A model generated the notes under the pieces. It was not told where the DNA came from and did not search any database. It saw only the letters and a list, made by a program, of their open reading frames with translations. A program made the translations under genes and the position numbers. Positions 17,839-25,285 of a DNA stretch of 58,673 bases are shown in pieces (positions within the stretch are counted from its first letter, which is position 1; every line of letters begins with the position of its first letter). Source of the stretch: Vicinamibacterales bacterium. GTDB taxonomy: Bacteria; Acidobacteriota; Vicinamibacteria; Vicinamibacterales; UBA2999. The DNA lies in contig DASTDQ010000142.1 in NCBI GenBank assembly GCA_035710305.1, positions 1 to 58,673 on the forward strand, given 5' to 3'.

Positions 17839-17887
17839 TTCCCTCTGAATTAGCAAAGAACCTTTTCCCTCTGAATTAGCAAAGAAC
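17839..17887. repeat. Two perfect 23-nt direct repeats TTCCCTCTGAATTAGCAAAGAAC (period 26) in an AT-rich leader/promoter
   Basis: Copies are at 17839-17861 and 17865-17887, ending 17 nt before the EBP2 ATG. A third GAATTAGC core lies at 17757-17764 inside a 7-bp inverted repeat (17749-17755 / 17773-17779). Confidence 0.9.
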
Positions 17888-17904
17888 TTTGGAGCTTATC
17901 CCGA

Positions 17905-19098
17905 ATGTCGACACTTTCTCTACCCCGAATGCCGAAAAACCTGCCACTGCTGCTCGGCGAGAGTCCAGCCATCAGCTCTCTGCGACGTGAAATCGAGGCG
18001 GCGGCCAGGACCGACGCGAAAGTCCTCGTTCTCGGCGAAACGGGATCGGGCAAGGAAGTCGTCGCGCGACTGATTCACGAGCAGAGTGGACGTTCGTCGC
18101 GCGCGTTTGTCGCTGTCAACTGCAGCGGCATCCCTGAGACCCTCCTCGAATCCGAGCTGTTCGGTCACACACGAGGCAGCTTCACGGGCGCTTACCGCGA
18201 CAAGCCAGGGCTGGTGCGGCAAGCCGACAGAGGCACGCTGTTCCTCGACGAGCTCGGAGAGATGAGTCTCAGGATGCAGGCAGTCCTGCTGAGATTCGCC
18301 GAGACTGGCGAGATCCAGACGATCGGCGTCGACGGTGTGACGGGTCGTTCCGACGTGCGCCTCATCACGGCGACGAACCGAAACCTTCGCGAGCGGATCG
18401 ATGCTGGCGTGTTCCGCGAGGACCTGTACTTCAGGCTCAACATCATTCAGATTCATGTCCCGCCCCTGCGCGAACGAACCGAGGACGTGATGCTGCTGCT
18501 GCGTCATTACCTGCGCAGAGCCAGCGAGACGCATCGCCTCGCGTATCCGGAGTTGACGCTGGACGCCGAGCAGGTGCTCGCCTCGTATGCCTGGCCAGGC
18601 AACGTTCGCGAACTGAAGAACCTCGCGGAGCGCTTGGTCGTGCGCGAGTGGGATCGCGCCATTGGCGCCAACGATCTTCCTGCCGAGATCCGTGGAGGGC
18701 GCGACACTGTCTCGACCTCGCCGAGCTCCAGCGTGACGTTCAATCAGGACAGCGTGCCTACCGCGCGACGGCTCGAGCGAGGCTCCGGAACAGCCGATCG
18801 CTTGTGGGAACGTCTGATCGCGGGCGAGAGCTTCTGGACCGTTGTACACCAGCCGTTCAAAGCGCACGAACTCACGCGGGATGACCTCGCCGCTTTGATT
18901 CATCGCGGGCTCGAGCACACGAGAGGAAGCTATCGTGCTCTGCTCGGCGTGTTCGGTCTCCCGCCGACGGACTACAAGCGCTTCCACGCGTTCTTGTATC
19001 AGCAGAACTGCAACTTGCCTGTTGGACCGTATCGCACCGCGAGAGCAACACTGCGCCGGCAAGATCGGCCCGCGTCGGTGTACACACCGGCCTGCTGA
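17905..19098 (+). CDS. sigma54-dependent enhancer-binding protein, receiver-less paralog of 14682-15809
   Basis: GETGSGKE, GSFTGAYRDKPG (identical loop context to the paralog), FLDELGEM. Shares the C-terminal ESFWT...DYKRF...N motif block. GGAG lies 10 nt before the ATG. Confidence 0.9.
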   Translation: MSTLSLPRMPKNLPLLLGESPAISSLRREIEAAARTDAKVLVLGETGSGKEVVARLIHEQSGRSSRAFVAVNCSGIPETLLESELFGHTRGSFTGAYRDKPGLVRQADRGTLFLDELGEMSLRMQAVLLRFAETGEIQTIGVDGVTGRSDVRLITATNRNLRERIDAGVFREDLYFRLNIIQIHVPPLRERTEDVMLLLRHYLRRASETHRLAYPELTLDAEQVLASYAWPGNVRELKNLAERLVVREWDRAIGANDLPAEIRGGRDTVSTSPSSSVTFNQDSVPTARRLERGSGTADRLWERLIAGESFWTVVHQPFKAHELTRDDLAALIHRGLEHTRGSYRALLGVFGLPPTDYKRFHAFLYQQNCNLPVGPYRTARATLRRQDRPASVYTPAC

Positions 19099-19130
19099 TC
19101 GCTGGCAGTAAATCAGGAGCAGCGTTGGGG

Positions 19131-19158
19131 CGTCTGTCGCCCCACGCTGGTCCCGCCT
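19131..19158. terminator. GC-rich hairpin between convergent genes (candidate bidirectional terminator)
   Basis: 11-bp stem (one bulge) AGCGT-t-GGGGCG / CGCCCCACGCT with a 5-nt loop. No clear U-tract. Confidence 0.45.
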
Positions 19159-19160
19159 GA

Positions 19161-19514
19161 TCAGTCCTCCCGCAGAAGCGCGTTCAGCGCTTGATCTTCC
19201 CCGGTGGTGTCGAAATCGTAGATGAGGGCCTGCTCGAAACACGCGAGGAAACGAGCCCCTAGTTGCTGGTGTGCCGAGTGATCCAGATACGCACGCAGCC
19301 CGGCGACGTCGTCGAACTCCAGAAACGCGGCGTGCGTGTAGTCGTCCTTCATCAGTTGCTCGTAGGACCTCCCGAGCAGCGTCCGCCGGCCGATTCGCGC
19401 CCGCTTGATGGACGGGATTTCCTTGATTGCGGTTGAGAACGCGTCAACGAGAGCCCGCCGGTCGGCGGTGGACAGTCGGGCCTTCGGCCTGAACAAAACG
19501 GCGTGAACAATCAT
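19161..19514 (-). CDS. Dabb (stress-responsive alpha/beta barrel) family protein
   Basis: About 117 aa. The N-terminus MIVHAVLFRPK and the overall pattern are typical of Dabb domains. Confidence 0.7.
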   Translation of the reverse strand: MIVHAVLFRPKARLSTADRRALVDAFSTAIKEIPSIKRARIGRRTLLGRSYEQLMKDDYTHAAFLEFDDVAGLRAYLDHSAHQQLGARFLACFEQALIYDFDTTGEDQALNALLRED

Positions 19515-19933
19515 CGACGAGACCCTTTTCCGGGCCGCCGGTCGCGTCCGCTACTGCTCCTCGGAGCGGGCCGTGATGGGTCAGCCGGTGTGGGATTGAC
19601 GTCCCGCGCCGCATGCTTGCGCTCGAAGCGAAGCTCGCGGCGCTTCTGATTTCGAGCGCGCCTCGTCGCCTCGACCTTCTCTCGTGGGTCACGATGTTCT
19701 CCGCCGGGCCGCCATTCCCGGCCGCGTCTGAGCGCCGTCGCCGACAGCGACGCTTCACGCGCGGCTTCCTCCGAAGGCCAGAGCCTTCCTCGAGCGAACC
19801 ATTTCATGACGGCGTCGGGGTGGCGGTCCTGCAGGCGCTTAAGCGTCGGCAGGAGATCATCTTTGGAAGCCGCGCGAAAGGAGGTTGGCAGCCCCCCGGC
19901 GAGGATCGTCCAGTACGCGTATCGTGGCGGCAT
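19511..19933 (-). CDS. Hypothetical basic protein
   Basis: Coding-like N-terminal 70 aa and an Arg/Lys-rich tail. 4-nt overlap with the downstream Dabb gene. No domain recognised. Confidence 0.5.
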   Translation of the reverse strand: MPPRYAYWTILAGGLPTSFRAASKDDLLPTLKRLQDRHPDAVMKWFARGRLWPSEEAAREASLSATALRRGREWRPGGEHRDPREKVEATRRARNQKRRELRFERKHAARDVNPTPADPSRPAPRSSSGRDRRPGKGSRR

Positions 19934-19956
19934 TCGTTTCTCTCGCTGCTCCGCGA

Positions 19957-21363
19957 TCAGTCGGGTCCGATCCTCTTCAACTTCTCCACCAGCGTCGTCC
20001 TCTTGATGCGCAGCAACTCGGCGGCGCGATTCCGATTTCCACCGGTGCGGTCGAGTGCGCGCCCGATCAAGTCACGCTCGACGGCGGCGAGGTAGGCCGG
20101 CATGTCCATCCCTCCTTCCGGAAAGTCCACGAGGGGCATGGCCGTTGCCGGGGGGGTCACCTGGATTTCGGCAGGCAGGTCCGCCATTTCAATATGCTGC
20201 CGTCCCGCGCTCAGGGCCACCGCCCGCTCGACAGCGTTTTCCAGCTGACGGACGTTCCCGGGCCACTGATAGGCCATCAACGCACGCATCGCATCCTGCG
20301 ATACCTGCATCTGCGACCCGGGCGCAAACTTCTGCAGGAAGTGCTGCGCGAGAACCGGGATGTCATCGCGCCTGTCCCGCAATGGTGGCAAGTGAATGGG
20401 AATCACGTGAAGTCGGTAGTAGAGATCTTCCCGGAACGTTCCTTCGGCGACCATTCGCGCAAGGTCAGAATTGGTGGCTGCGATGACCCGCACATCCACC
20501 TTGATCGTCTGGTTGTCACCGACCCGCTCGAACTCGCGCTCCTGGAGTGCGCGGAGCAGCTTCATCTGAAGAGCGGTACTCATGGTCCCGACTTCGTCGA
20601 GGAAGAGCGTCCCCTTGTGGGCCTGCTCGAAGCGTCCCTGACGTGCGCCGATCGCGCCCGTGAAGGCCCCGCGCACGTGCCCGAAGAGTTCAGCCTCGAG
20701 CAGAGTCTCGGGTATCGCGCTGCAGTTCAAGGCGACGAATCGATGTGCGCGGCGAGGGCTGTTGTGGTGAATCGCTCTCGCCACGACCTCCTTGCCGGTT
20801 CCCGTCTCTCCGGTGATCAGGATCGTGCTGCTGGATCGCGCCACCGTCTCCAGAAGATGAAACAGCTTCTGCATTGGCCGGCTGCGGCCGAGGATGCCGC
20901 CGAACTGGTAGCGGTCCTCGAGCTGTGAACGGAGGTACGCGTTTTCCGATCGGAGCCGCCGATCTTCAAGCGCCTTGTGCAGCACGTGCGAGAGCTCGTC
21001 GAACTGAAAGGGCTTGGCGATGAAATCCGATGCGCCCCGCTTGATGGCGTCGACCGCGTCCTTGACGGTGCCGAAGCCTGTAATGACGATGGCCACGATG
21101 CCGGGGTAGCGCTCTCGAGCGGACTCGATAACCCTGGACCCATTGACTCCGGGCAGCCTCAAGTCCGTAATCACCACGTCGAACGCAAACTTCTCCAGGA
21201 GCTCCAGCGCCCGTTCTCCGCTTTCGGCCTGAACGACCTCGAAGCCACGCTCGGTCAGGCGTTCGGCCATGACCCCGCGAAGCGCGGTTTCGTCGTCCAC
21301 GAACAGGATATGGGGGATGGTTCCGGCGGCAGCCACAGCGCCAATATCTTGACACAGCCCCAA
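19957..21363 (-). CDS. NtrC-family response regulator (REC + sigma54 AAA+ + Fis HTH)
   Basis: Receiver ILFVDDE...VITDLRLPG, GETGTGKE, canonical GAFTGA, and C-terminal HTH GGNRNRAAELLRIKRTTLVEKLKR. The start could be TTG 21363 or GTG 21336. Confidence 0.9.
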   Translation of the reverse strand: MGLCQDIGAVAAAGTIPHILFVDDETALRGVMAERLTERGFEVVQAESGERALELLEKFAFDVVITDLRLPGVNGSRVIESARERYPGIVAIVITGFGTVKDAVDAIKRGASDFIAKPFQFDELSHVLHKALEDRRLRSENAYLRSQLEDRYQFGGILGRSRPMQKLFHLLETVARSSSTILITGETGTGKEVVARAIHHNSPRRAHRFVALNCSAIPETLLEAELFGHVRGAFTGAIGARQGRFEQAHKGTLFLDEVGTMSTALQMKLLRALQEREFERVGDNQTIKVDVRVIAATNSDLARMVAEGTFREDLYYRLHVIPIHLPPLRDRRDDIPVLAQHFLQKFAPGSQMQVSQDAMRALMAYQWPGNVRQLENAVERAVALSAGRQHIEMADLPAEIQVTPPATAMPLVDFPEGGMDMPAYLAAVERDLIGRALDRTGGNRNRAAELLRIKRTTLVEKLKRIGPD

Positions 21364-21365
21364 AC

Positions 21366-21393
21366 TAAGGATCGGTCAGGGAGCGGCCGATAC
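21366..21393 (+). promoter_or_regulatory. Possible sigma28/FliA-type promoter TAAG-N16-GCCGATAC
   Basis: Resembles TAAA-N15-GCCGATAA. Lies 80 nt upstream of the HTH gene that precedes the FliA-type sigma gene. The same 8-mer also occurs by chance elsewhere, so this is weak. Confidence 0.3.
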
Positions 21394-21472
21394 AGCAGTC
21401 GAACGAGCTCGGCGGGTCAAAGTGGTCCGCCGGCGTTACTAACGGCCGTCTCCAGGAGGCCCGTGAGACTAT

Positions 21473-21688
21473 ATGGACCGCCAGACCCTCTCAATCATGA
21501 AGGCGTGTGAAGCCGTCGGAGTCAGCCGGCGAACCATTTACAACTGGATTTCTGCCGGCAAGGTCGAATACGTCCGGACAGCCGGGGGCTCGATTCGCAT
21601 CTTCGCCGACACCCTGTGGCGCGACGCAGCGACGCCGGCCCGGACCCAGGAATCGGATTCTCGAACGGCGCCTGGACAGCACGCGTGA
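21473..21688 (+). CDS. Small MerR/excisionase-type (HTH_17-like) DNA-binding protein
   Basis: The stretch ACEAVGVSRRTIYNWISAGKV matches the HTH_17 pattern. 71 aa. Confidence 0.7.
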   Translation: MDRQTLSIMKACEAVGVSRRTIYNWISAGKVEYVRTAGGSIRIFADTLWRDAATPARTQESDSRTAPGQHA

Positions 21689-21924
21689 GCGTCCCTCAGG
21701 GGGTCGATGGCGTCGGCGACGTGCCGGCTAACCTCGACCTTCAGGCGTTGTTTCATCGCCTGAACAATCAGCTCGGGTCTCTCCTCGCCCACGCCGAGCT
21801 CCTCGAAACCAAGGCCCCTGACGACGTCAATCGGGCGCGCGCGGCCCAGGTCGTCAGGAGTACCCTCGATGCGATGGGCACCGTTCGAGCGATTTATCAT
21901 CAAACGGACCCTTCCGGCGAGTAG
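21685..21924 (+). CDS. DHp-only mini-protein with a HisKA_2-like H-box (no ATPase domain)
   Basis: FHRLNNQLGSLLAHAELL resembles the HRxxNxLQ H-box. The GTG start overlaps the upstream stop (GTGA). The longer ORF from 21616 overlaps the HTH gene. Confidence 0.5.
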   Translation: MSVPQGVDGVGDVPANLDLQALFHRLNNQLGSLLAHAELLETKAPDDVNRARAAQVVRSTLDAMGTVRAIYHQTDPSGE

Positions 21925-22179
21925 CCGGCTCGTTTCAGCACATCGACGGCGAGCCCTGATTCATTCCTGAGAATCTACTCAGATCCGTAATTCTGCTGTC
22001 ATCAACTTGGCGGGGACGTTGTTGTTTCCGTCAATCTGTTGGCGATTTTAGCGGTCTTTTGCCCGATTGGAAGCTCGACAGAATCGTCAGACGAGCACTG
22101 GTAAGTGGCTGTCCTGATAGTCACTTAGCTCGGGTTTTCTCACGAGATTGCACTGGGATGCGCGCCGATTCGCCCCAGT

Positions 22180-22195
22180 TGGTACCACGGTTGCC
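22180..22195 (+). promoter_or_regulatory. sigma54 (-24/-12) promoter TGGTACCACGGTTGCC
   Basis: GG-N10-GC geometry with TTGC. The GC lies 26 nt upstream of the ATG at 22221. The GGAGG Shine-Dalgarno at 22208-22212 would sit in a short leader. Confidence 0.6.
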
Positions 22196-22220
22196 TCATG
22201 TGGCGCCGGAGGTCACATTC

Positions 22221-23231
22221 ATGCGCCCCCAGATCAACTCCGAGAACCCGAGGGTTCTCGCCAGCATCCCCTTCGTGGAGCAGCTCGCCCGGCGAGTCGC
22301 CGCCACCATGCCCCATTCCATCGACATCGGCGACCTGGTGCAGGACGGGGTCATTGGGCTCATCGACGCCGCGCATCGCTTCGACGAGGCGAGAGGCATC
22401 AAGTTCGAAACCTTCGCGGAACGCCGCATTCGCGGCGCCATGATTGACGCACTACGGAAGGATGCCTGGCCCCGCGGAGTCCGACGGCAACGCCGCGAGC
22501 TCGAAGCCGCGCGCGAGGAGCTCCGGAGAGAGCTGGGGCATGAACCGTCGCTGGCGGATCTGGCGGCCAAGGTCGGGTCGGACGAAAAACGGCTGGGCAG
22601 GACGATTGTGCGAATCAACGCCATCGAATCGACCTCTCCACTTGCCAACAACGATCACCTCGACGAGTCGACGCTGCCCACCGCGTTGATACCTTCAGAG
22701 CCCGAACAGCCGGACGCCGCGTACGAGCGACAGGAAACGAAGGACCGCGTGTGCGCGGCCATCGCTTCGCTTCCGCCGCGCGAGCAGAAGGTGATCGGCC
22801 TCTACTACTACGGCGAAGCCACGATGAAGCAGATCGGCGCTGAAATCGGCGTGAACGAGTCCCGCGTGTCGCAGCTGCATGCGCGCGCCATCAGACGGCT
22901 TCGCGATGCGCTCGGCACGCTGGTGCCCGGAGCCGAGGTCGCCAAGGTCATGAGGAGCGCGATCCTCGAGTTCCAGCAGAAACCGCGTATGGCCAAGGCG
23001 ACATTGGACAGCCGCCAGGCGGTTGCCGGGACAGAACGGCTTGGCGTCGTGGTCAACTACGCCAGCGCTTCACGAACGTTGCGCAGCAAGTCGCCGAGCC
23101 GGAAGGGTTTGGCCAGCCAGCGGCAGCCGCTCTCCTCGAGAAAGCGCTCCGCGTCGGCTCCTGCCACGTCGCCGGTCACAAAGATGACGCGCCGGGCGAG
23201 CGCCGGCGTCGCTGCGGCAATCGCGCGATAG
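22221..23231 (+). CDS. fliA: FliA/WhiG-type (group 3) sigma factor with an about 100-aa C-terminal extension
   Basis: Region 2 DLVQDGVIGLIDAAHRFD...FETFAERRIRGAMIDALR. Region 4 YYYGEATMKQIGAEIGVNESRVSQLHARAIRRLR. The ATG at 22221 follows GGAGG. The frame stays open to 23231 and overlaps the convergent kinase gene by 175 nt. Confidence 0.8.
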   Translation: MRPQINSENPRVLASIPFVEQLARRVAATMPHSIDIGDLVQDGVIGLIDAAHRFDEARGIKFETFAERRIRGAMIDALRKDAWPRGVRRQRRELEAAREELRRELGHEPSLADLAAKVGSDEKRLGRTIVRINAIESTSPLANNDHLDESTLPTALIPSEPEQPDAAYERQETKDRVCAAIASLPPREQKVIGLYYYGEATMKQIGAEIGVNESRVSQLHARAIRRLRDALGTLVPGAEVAKVMRSAILEFQQKPRMAKATLDSRQAVAGTERLGVVVNYASASRTLRSKSPSRKGLASQRQPLSSRKRSASAPATSPVTKMTRRASAGVAAAIAR

Positions 23232-24607
23232 AGCGTGATCCCATCGACCTTGGGCATCTTCAGATCGCAGATGACCAGGTCGTAGCTGCGCTGATGCACG
23301 CGGGCGAGCGCTTCCTCGCCATCGCCCGCGTGATCGACTCTCAATCCTGCATCGATCAACGCCTCGCTGACGGCCATGGCGAGCGCGCGCTCGTCCTCCA
23401 CCAGCAGTACCGAGGCTCTTTGTGTCAACTCGCTCCTGGAGGCCGCCGCGCCTGGGGCTCGCGTCGTCGGGTCGACTGAGCCGGCCGGCAGTTCCACGGT
23501 GAACGACGCGCCACCAGTCGCGGGCGAGTCGACCCGAATGCTGCCTCCGTGTTCCTGAACGATGGCGTACGCCACGGTCAGTCCGAGTCCAGTGCCCTTA
23601 CCTGTTTCCTTCGTGGTGAAGAAGGGATCGAAGATCTTGCTCTTGACGTCCACAGGTATTCCTGGGCCGTCGTCTGTGACCTGGAGCACGACCGCATCTC
23701 GCTCGAGGTCGTGCCACGTTCGAAGCACCAGGGAGCCTCGGCCATGGGCGGCCATCATCGCCTGCTCGGCGTTGATGACCAGGTTCAAAAGCACCTGCTG
23801 AAGCTGGTGCGCGTCTGCCAGCACCTTCGGCAGGCCGGAAGCCAGAGCCGTGATGACCTCGATGTGACGACGATGCTCGTACGAGCGAAGCGCCAGAGTC
23901 TCGCGCACGACCTGGTTGACGTCGAGGAGCGAACGCGTGGACTGACGTTTGCGAGCGAAGGTCAGCAGGTTCCGGACGATGCGCGCGGCCCGCTCCGACT
24001 CGCCGAGAATCACGTCGAGGCCACGACGAGTCGTTTCGTCGGACGCTTTTTCAGCGAGCCTTTCAGCCCAGCTGAGAATGGTCGCCAGCGGGTTGTTCAA
24101 CTCGTGCGCGACCCCCGAGATCGTCTGACCGAGGGCAGCCATTTTCTCCGCCTGGAGCAACTGCTGATAGAGGTCGCGCGATTGCTCGTCGAGCCGCTTC
24201 CGCTCGCTGACATCACGAACGAGCGCTTCGACTCGAACACGCGTCCCGGAGCGGTCCCGGTCGGTCCGGGCAGTCACCTCGACCCAAATCGAGTCGCCGT
24301 CGTGCCGGCGGAGGCGCAGCAGATAGTCCGTGACCGCCCCATCGTTCAAGAGCCGATCGAGAAACGCGGTTCGCGCCGTCGCTTCGACGAAGCTCTCCGG
24401 TTCGAAGGGGAGGACGTTCTGGTCCGGTGTGTCGGCGGGGAAACCCAGGATCGACTTGAGGTGCGGATTCGCCGCCAGAGTTTCCCCGGGCCGATCATCG
24501 GCGCTGTCGATCGCCCCGATGTACACGCCCTCGTGCACAGCTTCGAAGAGCCGCGCGAAAGCGTTCGCCCTCTGGCCGTCTGGGACACGCCGCGGTACTG
24601 CCGCCAC
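23057..24607 (-). CDS. Hybrid sensor histidine kinase (PAS - HisKA - HATPase_c - REC)
   Basis: H-box SGVAHELNNPLATI, N/G boxes (NLVINAEQAM, DDGPGIP, GTGLGLT), C-terminal receiver VLLVEDE...VICDLKMP...AKPF. I chose GTG 24607 because the longer ORF to 24838 would overlap the upstream gene by 170 nt. Confidence 0.85.
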   Translation of the reverse strand: MAAVPRRVPDGQRANAFARLFEAVHEGVYIGAIDSADDRPGETLAANPHLKSILGFPADTPDQNVLPFEPESFVEATARTAFLDRLLNDGAVTDYLLRLRRHDGDSIWVEVTARTDRDRSGTRVRVEALVRDVSERKRLDEQSRDLYQQLLQAEKMAALGQTISGVAHELNNPLATILSWAERLAEKASDETTRRGLDVILGESERAARIVRNLLTFARKRQSTRSLLDVNQVVRETLALRSYEHRRHIEVITALASGLPKVLADAHQLQQVLLNLVINAEQAMMAAHGRGSLVLRTWHDLERDAVVLQVTDDGPGIPVDVKSKIFDPFFTTKETGKGTGLGLTVAYAIVQEHGGSIRVDSPATGGASFTVELPAGSVDPTTRAPGAAASRSELTQRASVLLVEDERALAMAVSEALIDAGLRVDHAGDGEEALARVHQRSYDLVICDLKMPKVDGITLYRAIAAATPALARRVIFVTGDVAGADAERFLEESGCRWLAKPFRLGDLLRNVREALA

Positions 24608-24668
24608 GACGCTATAGATTATAGGCGTCCCGCAGGTCGATTCTGCGAACGCCAGGCACGAATCTCTC

Positions 24669-25196
24669 TTAGTGCTGCTTCGCGTCGTGCGCCGGGCGCG
24701 GTGTCGGCGTCGACGAAGGGAAGGTCGAGCCGTACTTGCGATCGATCGCCGCACGAATCTGCGACGGCGACGCCCCCGTGTTGAAGAGCGCGAGAGCATC
24801 CAGGCCGACATCGATGCAGATCGCGCAGCCCATGCCATGGCTGTCCCACGCGGTCACTGTTCCATTGGCGGCGCGCGACTTCACGAAGCAATCATGGTTT
24901 CCGTTGTGACCGACGCGCTCGCATCCGCAGTAGCACGGAACGTATTTCAGCACTTCCGGATGTCGCGCGGCGAACTCGTACACCTGACGCACGGTCGCCA
25001 TCGGACGGGGCGGCGTGAACGGTACCGACGGAATGGCCGGCAGCGGTCCGCTGTGCGCCTTCACCGTGGCCGGCGGCGAGGGCGCGCGGGAGGTCTGCGC
25101 GTAGGTGTGCTGGACGAGGCCGATTCCTGCCGAGACGAGCAGAACCGTGCACAGTGTCAGTGTCAGGCCCCTTGTCGCCGTTGGTCTGAAAGGCAT
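24669..25196 (-). CDS. PCYCGC-motif protein (secreted or membrane-anchored, Cys-rich)
   Basis: Literal PCYCGCERVGH...HDCF...MGCAIC motifs and a hydrophobic N-terminal segment. The start is ATG 25196 (or 25244). Confidence 0.7.
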   Translation of the reverse strand: MPFRPTATRGLTLTLCTVLLVSAGIGLVQHTYAQTSRAPSPPATVKAHSGPLPAIPSVPFTPPRPMATVRQVYEFAARHPEVLKYVPCYCGCERVGHNGNHDCFVKSRAANGTVTAWDSHGMGCAICIDVGLDALALFNTGASPSQIRAAIDRKYGSTFPSSTPTPRPAHDAKQH

Positions 25197-25285
25197 GTGA
25201 CATCGTAACCCGATCCCCAGCTCATCCGCATGGAGTTCCGACACTTCCGCGCCGATACGCCCTAGAAGGCGAGGAGCGAGGACCC

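Noticed and set aside
17537-17904. c-di-GMP riboswitch (GEMM-I/II) in this and the other long leaders (28814-29154 and 41260-41554)
   Set aside because: I could not find the conserved GEMM core elements (the GGCAAACC / ACGCAAAGCC-type strands with tetraloop-receptor pairing). This is a by-eye judgement only, and a covariance-model scan would be definitive.
21473-21688. Excisionase-like HTH gene as a sign of a prophage or integrative element
   Set aside because: No integrase, att-like repeats, tRNA target or phage genes occur anywhere in the window. The context is purely regulatory.
25251-25258. GCCGATAC upstream of the membrane GGDEF gene as a sigma28 -10 element. The same 8-mer also occurs inside coding sequence near 47355.
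   Set aside because: No TAAA-like -35 lies at the right spacing. Finding the same 8-mer inside a coding region shows it occurs by chance in this window.
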